Assembly (NCBI GenBank): GCA_963668025.2
Contig: CAXXTH010000017.1
Span: forward strand, 800,001-864,000
Length of the DNA stretch: 64,000 bases
Source of the DNA: Candidatus Hydrogenedentota bacterium
GTDB lineage: Bacteria > Hydrogenedentota > Hydrogenedentia > Hydrogenedentales > SLHB01
Direction: 5' to 3'
The notes below the pieces were generated by a model. That model did not search any database, was not told the DNA's origin, and saw only the letters and a program-made list of their open reading frames with translations. The position numbers and the translations under genes are program-made. Below, piece by piece: positions 9,385 to 19,368 of the stretch (positions are counted from its first letter, which is position 1; every line of letters begins with the position of its first letter).

Positions 9385-10551
9385 ATGGCTAAGAAAAAAC
9401 TAAATGTCGCGTTGATCGGTACGAAGTTCATGGGGAAGGCCCATAGCAATGGATTCCGCAAGGTGGGCATGTTTTTCGATCTGCCGTATGAGCCCGTCAT
9501 GAAAGTGATCTGCGGCAAGGATCCGAAAGGCACTCAGGAAGCGGCGGAGAAGTTTGGATGGGAAGAATACTCGACGAACTGGGAAGAGGTGGTGGCGCGG
9601 CCTGACATCGACATTGTCGATATTGTAACCTCGGGAAACATGCACCATCCCATGGCGGTCGCGGCCGCAAAAGCCGGCAAGCACATCATTTGCGAAAAGC
9701 CGCTCGCCAATACGCGCGCGGAAGCCCAAGAGATGCTCGATGCGGTCAAAAAAGCGGGCGTGAACCATATGTGCGCGTTCTCGAACCGTTTTGCCCCGGC
9801 CATCAACACCATCAAGAATATGATTCAAAAAGGCGAATTGGGCGAGATTTTCCATTTCCGCGCCGCCTACCAGCAGGATTGGATCGTAGACCCCGAATTC
9901 CCCATCAACTGGCGCTTGCAGAAGAAGACAGCGGGTTCTGGCGCGCTGGGCGACATTGGCGCGCACATCATCGACATGTGCCACAATCTCGTAGGCAATA
10001 TCGATGAAGTGAGCGCCACCCTTCAGACCTTCATCAAAAAACGTCCCATCCCAGAAGGCCAGGCCACCTTCGCGGGGAAAAAAGCGGCCAAATCGGCGAA
10101 AATGGGCACGGTGGACGTAGACGACGCGGCCATTATCCTGGCGCGCATCAAGGGCAAGAATACCTTGGCCACCTTCGAGGCGACCCGCTTCGCTCCCGGC
10201 CGCCGTAATTATAATGCTATCGAGGTGTACGGCAGCAAGGGCAGCATCTTGTGGAATCAAGAAGACATGAATATCTTCCAGTACTATAATTGCAGTGATC
10301 CAAGCACCCTGCAAGGCTTCCGCCGCGTCAACGCCACGGACCCCGGCCATCCCTACACGCAAGCCTGGTGGCCCAGCGCGCATATCATCGGCTACGAACA
10401 CTTGTTCGTCCATGAAGCCTACGAATTCATCACGCAACTGGGCAAGAAGAAGGTGACGTATCCGACCTTCGAGGACGGCCTCGCTTGCCAGAAAGTGCTC
10501 GACGCCGTCGAGGAAGCCGCCGCGAGCAAACAGTGGGTGAAGGTGAAATAG
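9385..10551 (+). CDS. Gfo/Idh/MocA family oxidoreductase
   Basis: GTKFMGKAH Rossmann motif, [13 protein letters not shown]; GGAGG RBS. Confidence 0.95.
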   Translation: MAKKKLNVALIGTKFMGKAHSNGFRKVGMFFDLPYEPVMKVICGKDPKGTQEAAEKFGWEEYSTNWEEVVARPDIDIVDIVTSGNMHHPMAVAAAKAGKHIICEKPLANTRAEAQEMLDAVKKAGVNHMCAFSNRFAPAINTIKNMIQKGELGEIFHFRAAYQQDWIVDPEFPINWRLQKKTAGSGALGDIGAHIIDMCHNLVGNIDEVSATLQTFIKKRPIPEGQATFAGKKAAKSAKMGTVDVDDAAIILARIKGKNTLATFEATRFAPGRRNYNAIEVYGSKGSILWNQEDMNIFQYYNCSDPSTLQGFRRVNATDPGHPYTQAWWPSAHIIGYEHLFVHEAYEFITQLGKKKVTYPTFEDGLACQKVLDAVEEAAASKQWVKVK

Positions 10552-10559
10552 GTGCAGTT

Positions 10560-10859
10560 ATGAATCTGCCCATCGAGATTGATTCGGATGCGATTGCCAC
10601 ATTTTGTAAAGAGCGGCACATCGCTAAGCTTGCTTGGTTTGGCTCCGTTTTGACGGATCGGTTTGGACCCGATAGTGATGTGGATGTGCTTGTAGAGTTC
10701 GAACCGGAACATAAACCAGGCCTGATTGGCCTTGCGGGGATGGAGATAGAATTATCACAACTCTTAGGCCGTAAGGTGGATATGCGGACGCCGAATGACT
10801 TGAGCCGTTATTTCCGGGATGAGGTTATTAAGATGGCGGTGGTGCAATATGCCGCATAG
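10560..10859 (+). CDS. mntA: MNT (minimal nucleotidyltransferase) antitoxin of an MNT-HEPN toxin-antitoxin system
   Basis: GS-x10-DxD motif ([16 protein letters not shown]), LGRKVD; start at MNLPIEID. Confidence 0.9.
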   Translation: MNLPIEIDSDAIATFCKERHIAKLAWFGSVLTDRFGPDSDVDVLVEFEPEHKPGLIGLAGMEIELSQLLGRKVDMRTPNDLSRYFRDEVIKMAVVQYAA

Positions 10860-11199
10860 CCCGGACACCACACGTTTGCGCCATATGGCCGAGGCGATAG
10901 AAGATGCTCAAGCGTTCACCGCGGATGTCGCGGAAGAACAATTTCGTTGTGACAAAAAGATACAATTCGCATTAGTGCGTTGCGTTGAGATTGTGGGCGA
11001 AGCGGCTGCACGGCTTTCGCCCACATATCGAAACACGCATCCAGAAATACCATGGGCGAGTATTATCGGCATGCGCAATCGATTGGTCCATGTGTACTTT
11101 GACATTGATTTGGACCTTCTCTGGCACACCGTGCGAGTTGAGCTTCCTAAACTGTATTCCCAGGTATTGTTATTCCTGGAGGAAATAGATCCTGTTTGA
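10849..11199 (+). CDS. hepT: HEPN (DUF86/HepT-like) RNase toxin
   Basis: EIVGEAA, PEIPW and R-x4-H-x-Y (RNRLVHVY); overlaps the MNT gene. Confidence 0.9.
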   Translation: MPHSPDTTRLRHMAEAIEDAQAFTADVAEEQFRCDKKIQFALVRCVEIVGEAAARLSPTYRNTHPEIPWASIIGMRNRLVHVYFDIDLDLLWHTVRVELPKLYSQVLLFLEEIDPV

Positions 11200-11310
11200 T
11201 GTTTTGTCACGAGGAGTGCCACTTTATGATAATCACTTGAGTTTAGAGAGAAACACGAGATGGGAAAATCATAATGGCCGTTATTGACCCCCAATACGCC
11301 ATGTGCTACC

Positions 11311-11336
11311 CCGTGTTCTCCGTGTCCCGTGGTGAA
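11311..11336. repeat. single arm of a short-period inverted-repeat element (CCGTGTTCT CCGTGTC CCGTGGTGAA)
   Basis: Three CCGTG units ending GGTGAA, like the right arm at 24606-24635. Confidence 0.45.
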
Positions 11337-11383
11337 AAATCCGGAAACATAAACCATTAATCAACCTTCAGGAGGAATGATCC

Positions 11384-12346
11384 ATGAAATTAGGTTTCTT
11401 CTCGGTGCTCTTCAGTGGCAAGCCGCTCAAGGAAGTGCTCGAACTGATTAGGCCGCTCAAGCTCGAGGCCATCGAACTGGGAACCGGCAATTATCCGGGC
11501 AACGCCCATGCGCCGCTCGATGAACTCCTGGCGTCGAAGCCCAAGCGAAATGAACTCTTCGCCATGGTTAAGGGCGAGGGGCTCGTGATCAGCGCATTGA
11601 GCTGTCATGGCAACTGCCTGCATCCGGACAAGGCCTTCGCTAAGAAAAATATCGACGTGCAGACCAACACCATCAAGCTCGCCGAAATGATGGGCGTCAA
11701 AACCATCATCGAGTTCGCGGGCTGCCCTGGTTCGGACGATCAATCGACGAAGCCCAACTGGGTCACATGCCCATGGCCGGATGATTACCTTCAGATCCTC
11801 GATTGGCAGTGGAATGAGAAAGTCATCCCATACTGGACCAAGCAAGCGAAGTTCGCCGCCGAACATGGCGTGCAAATCGCCTTCGAAGCGCACCCAGGGT
11901 TCGTAGTCTATAATCCCGAGACCCTCCTCAAACTACGCAAGGCCTGCGGCAAGAATGTGGGCGCGAACTTCGATCCGAGCCATTTCTTCTGGCAAGGCAT
12001 CGAGCCGGTCGACGCCGTGCGCGCCTTGGGCAAGGCCATCTTCCATGTCCACGCCAAGGACTCGGTCGTGTATCCGCAGAACGCCCGCGTCAACGGCGTC
12101 CTGGACACGAAACACTACGGCGATGAAATCAATCGCTCTTGGCTCTTCCGGGCCTGCGGCTACGGCCACAGCCTCGAGTGGTGGAAAGATTTCGTCTCAA
12201 CCTTGCGCATGGTGGGCTACGACGGCGCATTGAGCATCGAACACGAAGACAGCCTCATGTCGAACTGGGAAGGCCTAAGCAAAGCGGCTGAATTCCTGCA
12301 CGAAGCGCTCATCAAGCAGAAAGTCACTGCCATGCATTGGGCGTGA
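11384..12346 (+). CDS. sugar phosphate isomerase/epimerase (xylose-isomerase-like TIM barrel, IolE-like)
   Basis: EAHPG, NFDPSH, HVHAKD, SIEHED metal-binding motifs; AGGAGG RBS. Confidence 0.9.
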   Translation: MKLGFFSVLFSGKPLKEVLELIRPLKLEAIELGTGNYPGNAHAPLDELLASKPKRNELFAMVKGEGLVISALSCHGNCLHPDKAFAKKNIDVQTNTIKLAEMMGVKTIIEFAGCPGSDDQSTKPNWVTCPWPDDYLQILDWQWNEKVIPYWTKQAKFAAEHGVQIAFEAHPGFVVYNPETLLKLRKACGKNVGANFDPSHFFWQGIEPVDAVRALGKAIFHVHAKDSVVYPQNARVNGVLDTKHYGDEINRSWLFRACGYGHSLEWWKDFVSTLRMVGYDGALSIEHEDSLMSNWEGLSKAAEFLHEALIKQKVTAMHWA

Positions 12347-12375
12347 TAACAGAATTAACTGAGGATAAAACCGGT

Positions 12376-12414
12376 ATGGCAGAGGCGCAATCCAAACGCT
12401 TCTGCCATTTTTTT
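12376..12414 (+). terminator. rho-independent terminator
   Basis: ATGGCAGAGGCG-loop-CGCTTCTGCCAT followed by a T-run. Confidence 0.8.
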
Positions 12415-12537
12415 ATAATGTGCCTCTTCGTCAGAATCCGTGGGTGGATAGACTTTCCGTGAATGGTAACTTATTTTAGCAAAAGAACTTAAACGATTCG
12501 ATGGAGCAGCGGATATATATGTAAGCTATATATATAA

Positions 12538-12586
12538 CGTCATCCTAGCGAAAGCGCTCGGGATTTCTGTTTTCGCGGGAATGACG
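12538..12586. repeat. degenerate GTCATTCCCGCGAAAGCGGGAAT-type palindromic repeat
   Basis: CGTCATCCTAGCGAAAGC...GTTTTCGCGGGAATGACG imperfect inverted repeat. Confidence 0.5.
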
Positions 12587-12817
12587 AAGTAATAGTACAG
12601 TTTTTTACCGCAGTATTCATGTCTGGCGATTCCGAGAGTAAATCATTCCCTTTACGAAACTCCCCGCCCTCGGCGCTTCTGCGATAATGTTGTCTGCACA
12701 GCAGCGGAGCGCCGCCCTCCCCGGCAAATCAAAAAGATCGTAATCAAATAGGAGAATATATGCCAGAATGGGATTTCCAGTAACGAAAAAGGCTGTTTTT
12801 TAAATCTTGAGCCGCTC

Positions 12818-12840
12818 TAGGTTGGACCCATTGTTCGGCG
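12818..12840 (-). other. attC-like left half (R''-L'') downstream of the UDG-family gene
   Basis: Minus strand reads CGCCGAACAATGGGTCCAACCTA starting 14 nt after the stop; pairs with 13482-13505 with one extra base. Confidence 0.4.
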
Positions 12841-12853
12841 CTCTTTACCCATC

Positions 12854-13438
12854 CTAAATGATATCCATTCCTTTTTTTATATCTTCTTCCATCATTCTTA
12901 TCTTGCTTTTTTCAATAGCAAAACTATCCCCCGTTTGGGTATATGACGGTATAAACCTTATTCCACTATGAATATATTCTTCATTTCTTATTTTATATGT
13001 GGGCCCATTGGGAATTATTCTTTGTTTATGTTTTCTTTTCCATATGTAGTTCATTGATTTAATGGCAAAATCGCCCATTAACAGGATTACCTTCACATGA
13101 GTAAAAGGCTCTATTTCTTTTTCCAAAAGGAATGAGCATTCTTCGATTGTTTTTGCTGATACTAAATACTCTTTTTTTACGCATTTTATGGCCGTTGTTA
13201 GATAGATACCGTTATTCAAATAGTCCTCGTATGTTTTGTACGCATATCCAATTCGATCAAATAACGTGTTGGTGTTCTTTATAAATGCTGGAATTCCCTT
13301 CCCATCAAAATAATCGGGTATATGGGGGGGCACAGACTCTGATATCATAATCAGTCTTATCTTTTCATTATCTACTTTGATTCTCTGAAAATGTTTGACG
13401 GGATTCACATCCGGACAACATGAATCACATACCAACAT
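12854..13438 (-). CDS. uracil-DNA glycosylase superfamily protein (AT-rich, horizontally acquired)
   Basis: LIMISESVP, GIYLTTAIKC, VILLMGDFA UDG-like motifs; visibly AT-rich compared with its flanks. Confidence 0.75.
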   Translation of the reverse strand: MLVCDSCCPDVNPVKHFQRIKVDNEKIRLIMISESVPPHIPDYFDGKGIPAFIKNTNTLFDRIGYAYKTYEDYLNNGIYLTTAIKCVKKEYLVSAKTIEECSFLLEKEIEPFTHVKVILLMGDFAIKSMNYIWKRKHKQRIIPNGPTYKIRNEEYIHSGIRFIPSYTQTGDSFAIEKSKIRMMEEDIKKGMDII

Positions 13439-13481
13439 TTCCGTCTCTTCCCTTTTTCATTTTACCCGCGCGAAGCGTCCT

Positions 13482-13505
13482 CCGAACACAAACCAGGTCA
13501 ACCTA
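13482..13505 (-). other. attC-like right half (L'-R') upstream of the UDG-family gene
   Basis: Minus strand reads TAGGTTGACCTGGTTTGTGTTCGG; complementary to 12818-12840. Confidence 0.4.
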
Positions 13506-13516
13506 CCACCCGCGCC

Positions 13517-15208
13517 TTAGAACAACCCTGTCACTTCGCCGTTTTCGTCGATATCGATCTTCGTGGCCCCTGGCGTCGAGGGGAGGCCGGGCATGAGCAT
13601 GATATCGCCGCACACCGCGATGACGAATCCCGCGCCCACGGCGGCCCGTAACTCCCGCACAGGCACGATGAAGCATTCGGGACGGCCTTTCAGCGAGGGA
13701 TCGTGCGACAAGGAGAGCGGCGTTTTGGCCATGCATACCGGCAGATTGGCATATCCGTTTTGCGTGAGCCATGCGAGCTGTTTACGTGCTTCAGGTTCGA
13801 AGCTGATCCCTTTCGCTCCATACAGCCGCGTGGCGATCGTGTGTATTTTCTCTTCGATGGGGGCGTCGAGCGCGTAGAGCGGCTTGAATGCGTTCGGACG
13901 CGCCGCTGCTTCAGCCACTTTCTCCGCCAGCTCGAGGCCGCCTTCGCCGCCCTTGGCGTGCATGTCGCTGACAACGGCTTCCGCGCCCGCCGCGCGGACC
14001 AATTCGCACACCAGGTCCAGTTCACTGTGGGTATCGGTGGGGAATCGATTGACCGACACGACTACGTTCACGCCAAAGGCCTGCACGTTTTCGATTTGCT
14101 TCACCAGATTGCATGCCCCCGCGCGGATGGCATCCAGGTCTTCGCGCATCAGCCCCTCATCGAGCGGCTTGCCCGGCTTTACCATGAACCGGCCGCTATG
14201 GACCTTGAGCGCGCGCACGGTCGCCACGATCACGGCCGCATCGGGAAAAAGGCCGCTGGCGCGGCATTTGATGTGGGCGAATTTCTCGAAGCCCATATCC
14301 GCGCCGAAGCCCGCCTCGGTGATGACATACTCGCCCAGCTTCAAGCCCATACGGTCGGCCAGCACGGAACTGTTGCCGTGGGCGATGTTGGCGAAAGGCC
14401 CGGCATGGACAAAGACCGGTGTATTTTCCGTGGTCTGCATGAGCGTGGGCCGGATGGCTTCATGCATGATGGCCGCCATGGCCCCAGCGGCTTTAAGGTC
14501 GTCCGCCGTCACCGGCTTGCCTTCCCGGTTCGGGCCAATGACGACGCGCCCGATGCGCTTGCGCAAATCCCGCAAATCATCCGCCAAGGCCAGAATGGCC
14601 ATGACCTCGCTCGCTACGGCGATGTCGAATCCTGATTCGCGCGGCACGCCGTGCGCCTGGCCGCCCAAACCCACGATGATGTGGCGCAAGGCGCGGTCCG
14701 ACACATCCACCACCCGCCGCCACGAGATGAGGTGGGGCGCGATACCTAGTGCGTTGCCATGGTGCAAATGGTTGTCCACCATGGCGGCGAGTAAATTGTG
14801 GGCGATGGAGACGGCGTGGATGTCGCCGGTGAGGTGCAGGTTGAATTCATCCATCGGGATGACTTGCGAATACCCGCCGCCCGCCGCGCCGCCTTTGATG
14901 CCGAAAGCCGGCCCCATTGAAGGCTGGCGCACGCAAATGATCGCGTTGCGCCCCGTCTTGTGCAGCGCCTGGCCCAGCCCGACGGTCGTGAGCGTTTTCC
15001 CCTCACCCAATGGAGTGGGCGTCATCGCGGTGACAATGATGTATTTGCCATTGGGCCGGTCCGCCAGGCGTCCGAGCAGGCTCAGATCAATTTTTGCCTT
15101 ATACCGGCCATACGGATGCACCTCTTCATCCAGCAGCCCCAGCGTCGAGGCGATCTCACGGATAGGTTTTAATGGCGTATTTCGGGCGATTTCCAAATCG
15201 CTCAGCAT
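13517..15208 (-). CDS. fhs: formate--tetrahydrofolate ligase
   Basis: TPTPLGEGKT, GIKGGAAGGGYSQV, HAGPFANIAHG, MPGLP; start at MLSDLEIA. Confidence 0.97.
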   Translation of the reverse strand: MLSDLEIARNTPLKPIREIASTLGLLDEEVHPYGRYKAKIDLSLLGRLADRPNGKYIIVTAMTPTPLGEGKTLTTVGLGQALHKTGRNAIICVRQPSMGPAFGIKGGAAGGGYSQVIPMDEFNLHLTGDIHAVSIAHNLLAAMVDNHLHHGNALGIAPHLISWRRVVDVSDRALRHIIVGLGGQAHGVPRESGFDIAVASEVMAILALADDLRDLRKRIGRVVIGPNREGKPVTADDLKAAGAMAAIMHEAIRPTLMQTTENTPVFVHAGPFANIAHGNSSVLADRMGLKLGEYVITEAGFGADMGFEKFAHIKCRASGLFPDAAVIVATVRALKVHSGRFMVKPGKPLDEGLMREDLDAIRAGACNLVKQIENVQAFGVNVVVSVNRFPTDTHSELDLVCELVRAAGAEAVVSDMHAKGGEGGLELAEKVAEAAARPNAFKPLYALDAPIEEKIHTIATRLYGAKGISFEPEARKQLAWLTQNGYANLPVCMAKTPLSLSHDPSLKGRPECFIVPVRELRAAVGAGFVIAVCGDIMLMPGLPSTPGATKIDIDENGEVTGLF

Positions 15209-15728
15209 TTCCAGCTCCTTGTAGTAGGCTATTGCGCGGCGTGTGCGGCCATTTTGCCGTCCCGTGCGCATCAGCGCCCCCTACGCACGCCAACGGGAAA
15301 ATCCATCATACGGGACACCTTATGTAGGGTCAAGAAATGACAGCAATCGCCGGTCATTCTTCACGCCAGGAAATACTAGAAATTCGGTGGACGCATGTGT
15401 AACAGGCTCTTGCGGAACTCTGCGTACTCCGCGCCTGGCGAATATGGACGTTTGAATAGAAAGCGCTTGAGCTTCATCGCTTGCTAAAGTATGCTGAGTA
15501 TACTTTTCGGGCCAGGCTTTGGGTATGGAGAAATTCGCAAGGATCGGGAGGCAAGAAAAGATGGTGCTGGTACGGCGGGCCAAAGCCTGGTTCATGCGTG
15601 AATTCTCAATTGGAATGCTCTCCCGTGGTGCGGATTCCCGTTTTAGCTACATCGTCAAGTTTCATTTGAACTCTACCCTAAAGAATGCGGAAAAACTTTG
15701 TACACAGCCAGATGGAGGTCCCGTGTTC

Positions 15729-18700
15729 ATGAAGAGGATAGCGGCATGGTGCGTGCTACTGATGATTTTAGCGGCAGCCCAGGGGTGGGCGGGAGATTTA
15801 TCAGACGAATTTCAAAATCCGCCAGCCGCGGCCCGGCCGTGGGTCTGGTGGTTTTGGATCAATGGCAATATTTCGCGTGAGGGCATCACCAAAGATCTGG
15901 AAGCCATGCAAAAAACCGGGATCGGCGGCGCGCTAATTTTGGAAGTGGTCCTGGGTGAGCCGGCCGGGCCGGTGTCCTTCATGAGCCCCCAGTGGCGTGA
16001 ACTCTTCAAACATGCCGATGCCGAGGCGCGGCGGCTGGGGTTGGAACTGGATATTCAAAATGATGCCAGTTGGCAGGGCAGCGGCGGCCCCTGGATCAAA
16101 CCTGAACAAGCCATGAAAATGGTCGTCTGGAGTGAGGTTGACGTTGAAGGTCCGTGCCATTTTGACCAGCCGCTTGACCAGCCACGAACGGTTGAAGGCT
16201 TTTATCGCGACATCGCCGTGCAGGCCATCCCCGCCACGGATGGATATCGCATTGAGGGCATGCAGTCCAAGGCGGCCTATCCAGCCGATTATCCGGCTAT
16301 TGCCGGCCAGGGACCGTTGACCCAGGCGTCGCTGGTTCATCGGGATCAAGTTACAAACCTAAGCGCCCGGATGGACGCCCAGGGGCGTCTTACATGGGAT
16401 GTACCGGCTGGCAAGTGGACCGTGCTGCGTTTTGGTTACACCTGCACGGGCGCTAAAAATATCCCGGCTCCGGCCAGTGGGATCGGTTTGGAATGCGACA
16501 AGATGAGCCCGCAGGGCATCGAGGCCAGTTTCGCCGGAATGATGGCCAAGCTTTGTGATGACGTTGGCCCGGCCCGGCCCGGCCGCGGTCTGCGGGCCGT
16601 GCATATCGATAGTTGGGAAAACGGCTCACAAAATTGGACCGGCCGGATGCCCGAGGAATTCCGCACCCGCCGGGGCTATGACCTTGAACCCTATCTGGCG
16701 GCGATGACCGGACGAGTGGTCGATGACCCCGCCGTCTCGGAGCGCTTCCTTTGGGATCTGCGCCAGACCGTCTCGGAACTGATTGTCGATAATTACGGCA
16801 AGCGGATGCAGCAATTGGCGGCCGAGCGCGGCCTGCGCTTTACCGTTGAGGCGTACGGAGGTCCTTGCGATGCCTTGCCTTATGCCGGTATCAGCGATGA
16901 GCCGCAGGGCGAATTCTGGATCGGCGGCCTTGCGGCTGCCACCTGCCGTGGCATGGTTTCAGCCGCCCATACCTATGGCAAGCCGGTGATCGGCGCCGAG
17001 GCCTTAACTTCGGTCGATCAAGACCGCTTTCTGGCCCACCCCGCCTCGATTAAAATTCTGAACGACCGCATGTTCTGTATGGGCATCAACCGCATGCTGT
17101 TTCACCGGTTTGTGCACCAGCCGTGGGACGTGGAGCGCCGGCCCGGCATGGGCATGGGGCCCACGGGCTTCCATTACGACCGCACCCAGACCTGGTGGGA
17201 TGAGACCGGGCCGTGGAACCTTTATTTGAGCCGCTGTCAATACCTCTTGCGCCAGGGAAATTACGTGGCGGACATCTGCTTCTTGCAACCCGAAATCCCC
17301 ATGATGACCTGGGAGCAGCACAATTTGCCCGGTTACGCCTGGGACGAGTGTTCAGCCCAAGCCGTGCTGACGCGCATGTCCGTTAAAGATGGCTGGCTGG
17401 TGCTCCCCGATGGCATGCGTTACCGTGTGCTGGTCTTGCCCGATCAGGACTTCATGTCGCTCAAATTGCTGGAGAAGATCAAGGATCTGGCCGGGCAGGG
17501 CGCTACGGTCATCGGCCGGCCTCCGCTGACGACGCCGGGCTTGGGCGGTTATCCGCAGTCCGATGCAAAAGTTCAGGCCTTGGCCGCCCAGTTGTGGGGC
17601 GATTGCGATGGCTCCACGGTCAAAGAGCGGGCCTATGGAAAAGGCCGCATTGTGTGGATCACGGACCCTGCCCAGTGGTTGGGGCAGCACGGCGTGGGCA
17701 GGGATTTTTCGAGCCAGCATCCCCTGCGTTATCTTCATCGGAGCATGAAGGGGACGGATATATATTTCGTTTCCAACCCCCGTACGTCTGCTGATACGGC
17801 GCCAGCGATTTTCCGCGTGCAGGGCAAGGCGCCCGAATTGTGGTTTCCCGAAACCGGCCGCATGCAAAAGGCTCCGGTTTATGCCGCCCTGGGTGACTCC
17901 ACGAGTGTCATGCTGCCGCTGGGCCCAAGCGGTTCGGTCTTTGTGATCTTCCGCGAGCCCTGCGGCTCGAAGGAGGATCCGGTCGTGCGCGTGCAGCACA
18001 ATGGCCAGCCGCTGTTTGCCGCGTTGATTGATCCTGCGGAAAAACCTGTGCCGGTGACAGTTGAAAAGGCCGTCTATGGCGTGCTGGAGGATCCTTCCCG
18101 CACGTGCGACCTGGCCGCCAAAGTTCAGGCCATGTTCGATGCGGGCAAGACGGACTTGGAGATCACCCCTACGCTCGCTGATAAGGGAGACCCGGCCCCC
18201 GGAGCCCTCAAGACGTTGCGGTGCGATGCGCTGATCGCCGGGCAGCGCGCGAGTTTCTCCGGCCAGGATACGACCCTGATCGATTTGGCGGCATTCGTGG
18301 GGGCGGCCGTGCCGGCTGGGCCACAGCCTCCGGCTGATATCGAAACGGACGGGACCGGCCGGTGTGTTCTGTCGGTTTGGGAGGCAGGCCTGTATGCCTT
18401 GACTGCCGCGTCGGGTAAAACATGGAGCTTGGATGTCCCGGCCGTGCCGGCGGCGCTTGATGTTACCGGAGCCTGGGAGCTTGCTTTCGATCCGGCCTGG
18501 GGCGGACCGGCCCATCTGAAGCTCGACCAGCTTGTTTCGCTCAGCGAGCATCCCGATCCCGCAGTGAAGTATTACTCCGGCTCGATCATTTATCACAAAA
18601 AAATCCAAATTCCACCCCAGAAGAACCGTAAAAGCCGCCTATTTCTAGATCTGGGCCGGGTGGAAGTCATGGCTGAAGTCTCCCTCAACGGGAAGAGCGC

Positions 18701-19037
18701 AGGCTTGCTCTGGAAGCCGCCCTTTTGTTTGGATGTTACAGAGTTTGTACAGCCGGGTGAAAATGATTTGACCGTCAAAGTGGTGAACCTATGGCCCAAC
18801 CGCCTGATCGGAGACGAGCAACTGGCCGAAGACAGCCCGCGCAATCCCGACGGCACGCTCAAGCAATGGCCCCAGTGGCTGCTGGAAAACAAACCCAGCC
18901 CCGTGGGGCGCTTTACCTTCACCACGTGGAGCACATGGAAGAAGGATGATCCCCTGCCACCCTCCGGGCTGATCGGCCCGGTGCGGCTGCGTACACGGCT
19001 GGATTTCGTCATCCCCGCAAAGGGATGGAAGAAATGA
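15729..19037 (+). CDS. alpha-L-rhamnosidase, GH106 family, secreted
   Basis: FQNPPAAARPWVWWFWINGNIS, GLECDK, HIDSWE, FLDLGRVEVMAEV, PSGLIGPV; signal peptide; GGAGG RBS before MKRIAAW. Confidence 0.9.
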   Translation: MKRIAAWCVLLMILAAAQGWAGDLSDEFQNPPAAARPWVWWFWINGNISREGITKDLEAMQKTGIGGALILEVVLGEPAGPVSFMSPQWRELFKHADAEARRLGLELDIQNDASWQGSGGPWIKPEQAMKMVVWSEVDVEGPCHFDQPLDQPRTVEGFYRDIAVQAIPATDGYRIEGMQSKAAYPADYPAIAGQGPLTQASLVHRDQVTNLSARMDAQGRLTWDVPAGKWTVLRFGYTCTGAKNIPAPASGIGLECDKMSPQGIEASFAGMMAKLCDDVGPARPGRGLRAVHIDSWENGSQNWTGRMPEEFRTRRGYDLEPYLAAMTGRVVDDPAVSERFLWDLRQTVSELIVDNYGKRMQQLAAERGLRFTVEAYGGPCDALPYAGISDEPQGEFWIGGLAAATCRGMVSAAHTYGKPVIGAEALTSVDQDRFLAHPASIKILNDRMFCMGINRMLFHRFVHQPWDVERRPGMGMGPTGFHYDRTQTWWDETGPWNLYLSRCQYLLRQGNYVADICFLQPEIPMMTWEQHNLPGYAWDECSAQAVLTRMSVKDGWLVLPDGMRYRVLVLPDQDFMSLKLLEKIKDLAGQGATVIGRPPLTTPGLGGYPQSDAKVQALAAQLWGDCDGSTVKERAYGKGRIVWITDPAQWLGQHGVGRDFSSQHPLRYLHRSMKGTDIYFVSNPRTSADTAPAIFRVQGKAPELWFPETGRMQKAPVYAALGDSTSVMLPLGPSGSVFVIFREPCGSKEDPVVRVQHNGQPLFAALIDPAEKPVPVTVEKAVYGVLEDPSRTCDLAAKVQAMFDAGKTDLEITPTLADKGDPAPGALKTLRCDALIAGQRASFSGQDTTLIDLAAFVGAAVPAGPQPPADIETDGTGRCVLSVWEAGLYALTAASGKTWSLDVPAVPAALDVTGAWELAFDPAWGGPAHLKLDQLVSLSEHPDPAVKYYSGSIIYHKKIQIPPQKNRKSRLFLDLGRVEVMAEVSLNGKSAGLLWKPPFCLDVTEFVQPGENDLTVKVVNLWPNRLIGDEQLAEDSPRNPDGTLKQWPQWLLENKPSPVGRFTFTTWSTWKKDDPLPPSGLIGPVRLRTRLDFVIPAKGWKK

Positions 19038-19368
19038 GACTCTTGGTGAAAAGCGGTCCATCCCGAGCCTATGTGCGCGAATGGGCCTGTGAGACCGTCC
19101 ACACGCTCAATGGCGGCAAACATGCCTGCCACCTTCTCCTCATCCGAAGGGAACGCCTTCAAGACGCTCGCTTCTATGGCCCCTACGCCTGCCATGCCCC
19201 TTATCACCAACAGGGCTGCCCTTGGAGGAGCAGATCGGGAGCCGAAAACGGGGCCAATGCGACAACCAGATAGAAGAACTCAAGTGGGATTTTGAGCCGC
19301 GCGCCTCCTTATAGCCACGCCGCCTGCCATTCTGGTATTGTAACGGAGTTATATGGCGAGGCCTTGAA

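Noticed and set aside
12760-12783. RBS-preceded minigene MPEWDFQ
   Set aside because: Only 7 codons with no downstream operon to attenuate; cannot be told apart from a remnant or chance
13703-15224. Long plus-strand ORFs opposite fhs (similar ones lie opposite gfo, GH106 and maeB)
   Set aside because: Typical antisense shadow ORFs of GC-rich coding sequence
15209-15728. Possible ZTP (pfl) or THF riboswitch upstream of fhs
   Set aside because: Could not find the ZTP hallmark segments (ACTGGCG and CGCCTGGG) on the minus strand, nor a convincing THF fold; an Rfam scan would be needed
19025-19295. Short ORFs after the GH106 gene
   Set aside because: No motifs, several overlapping frames, no convincing RBS
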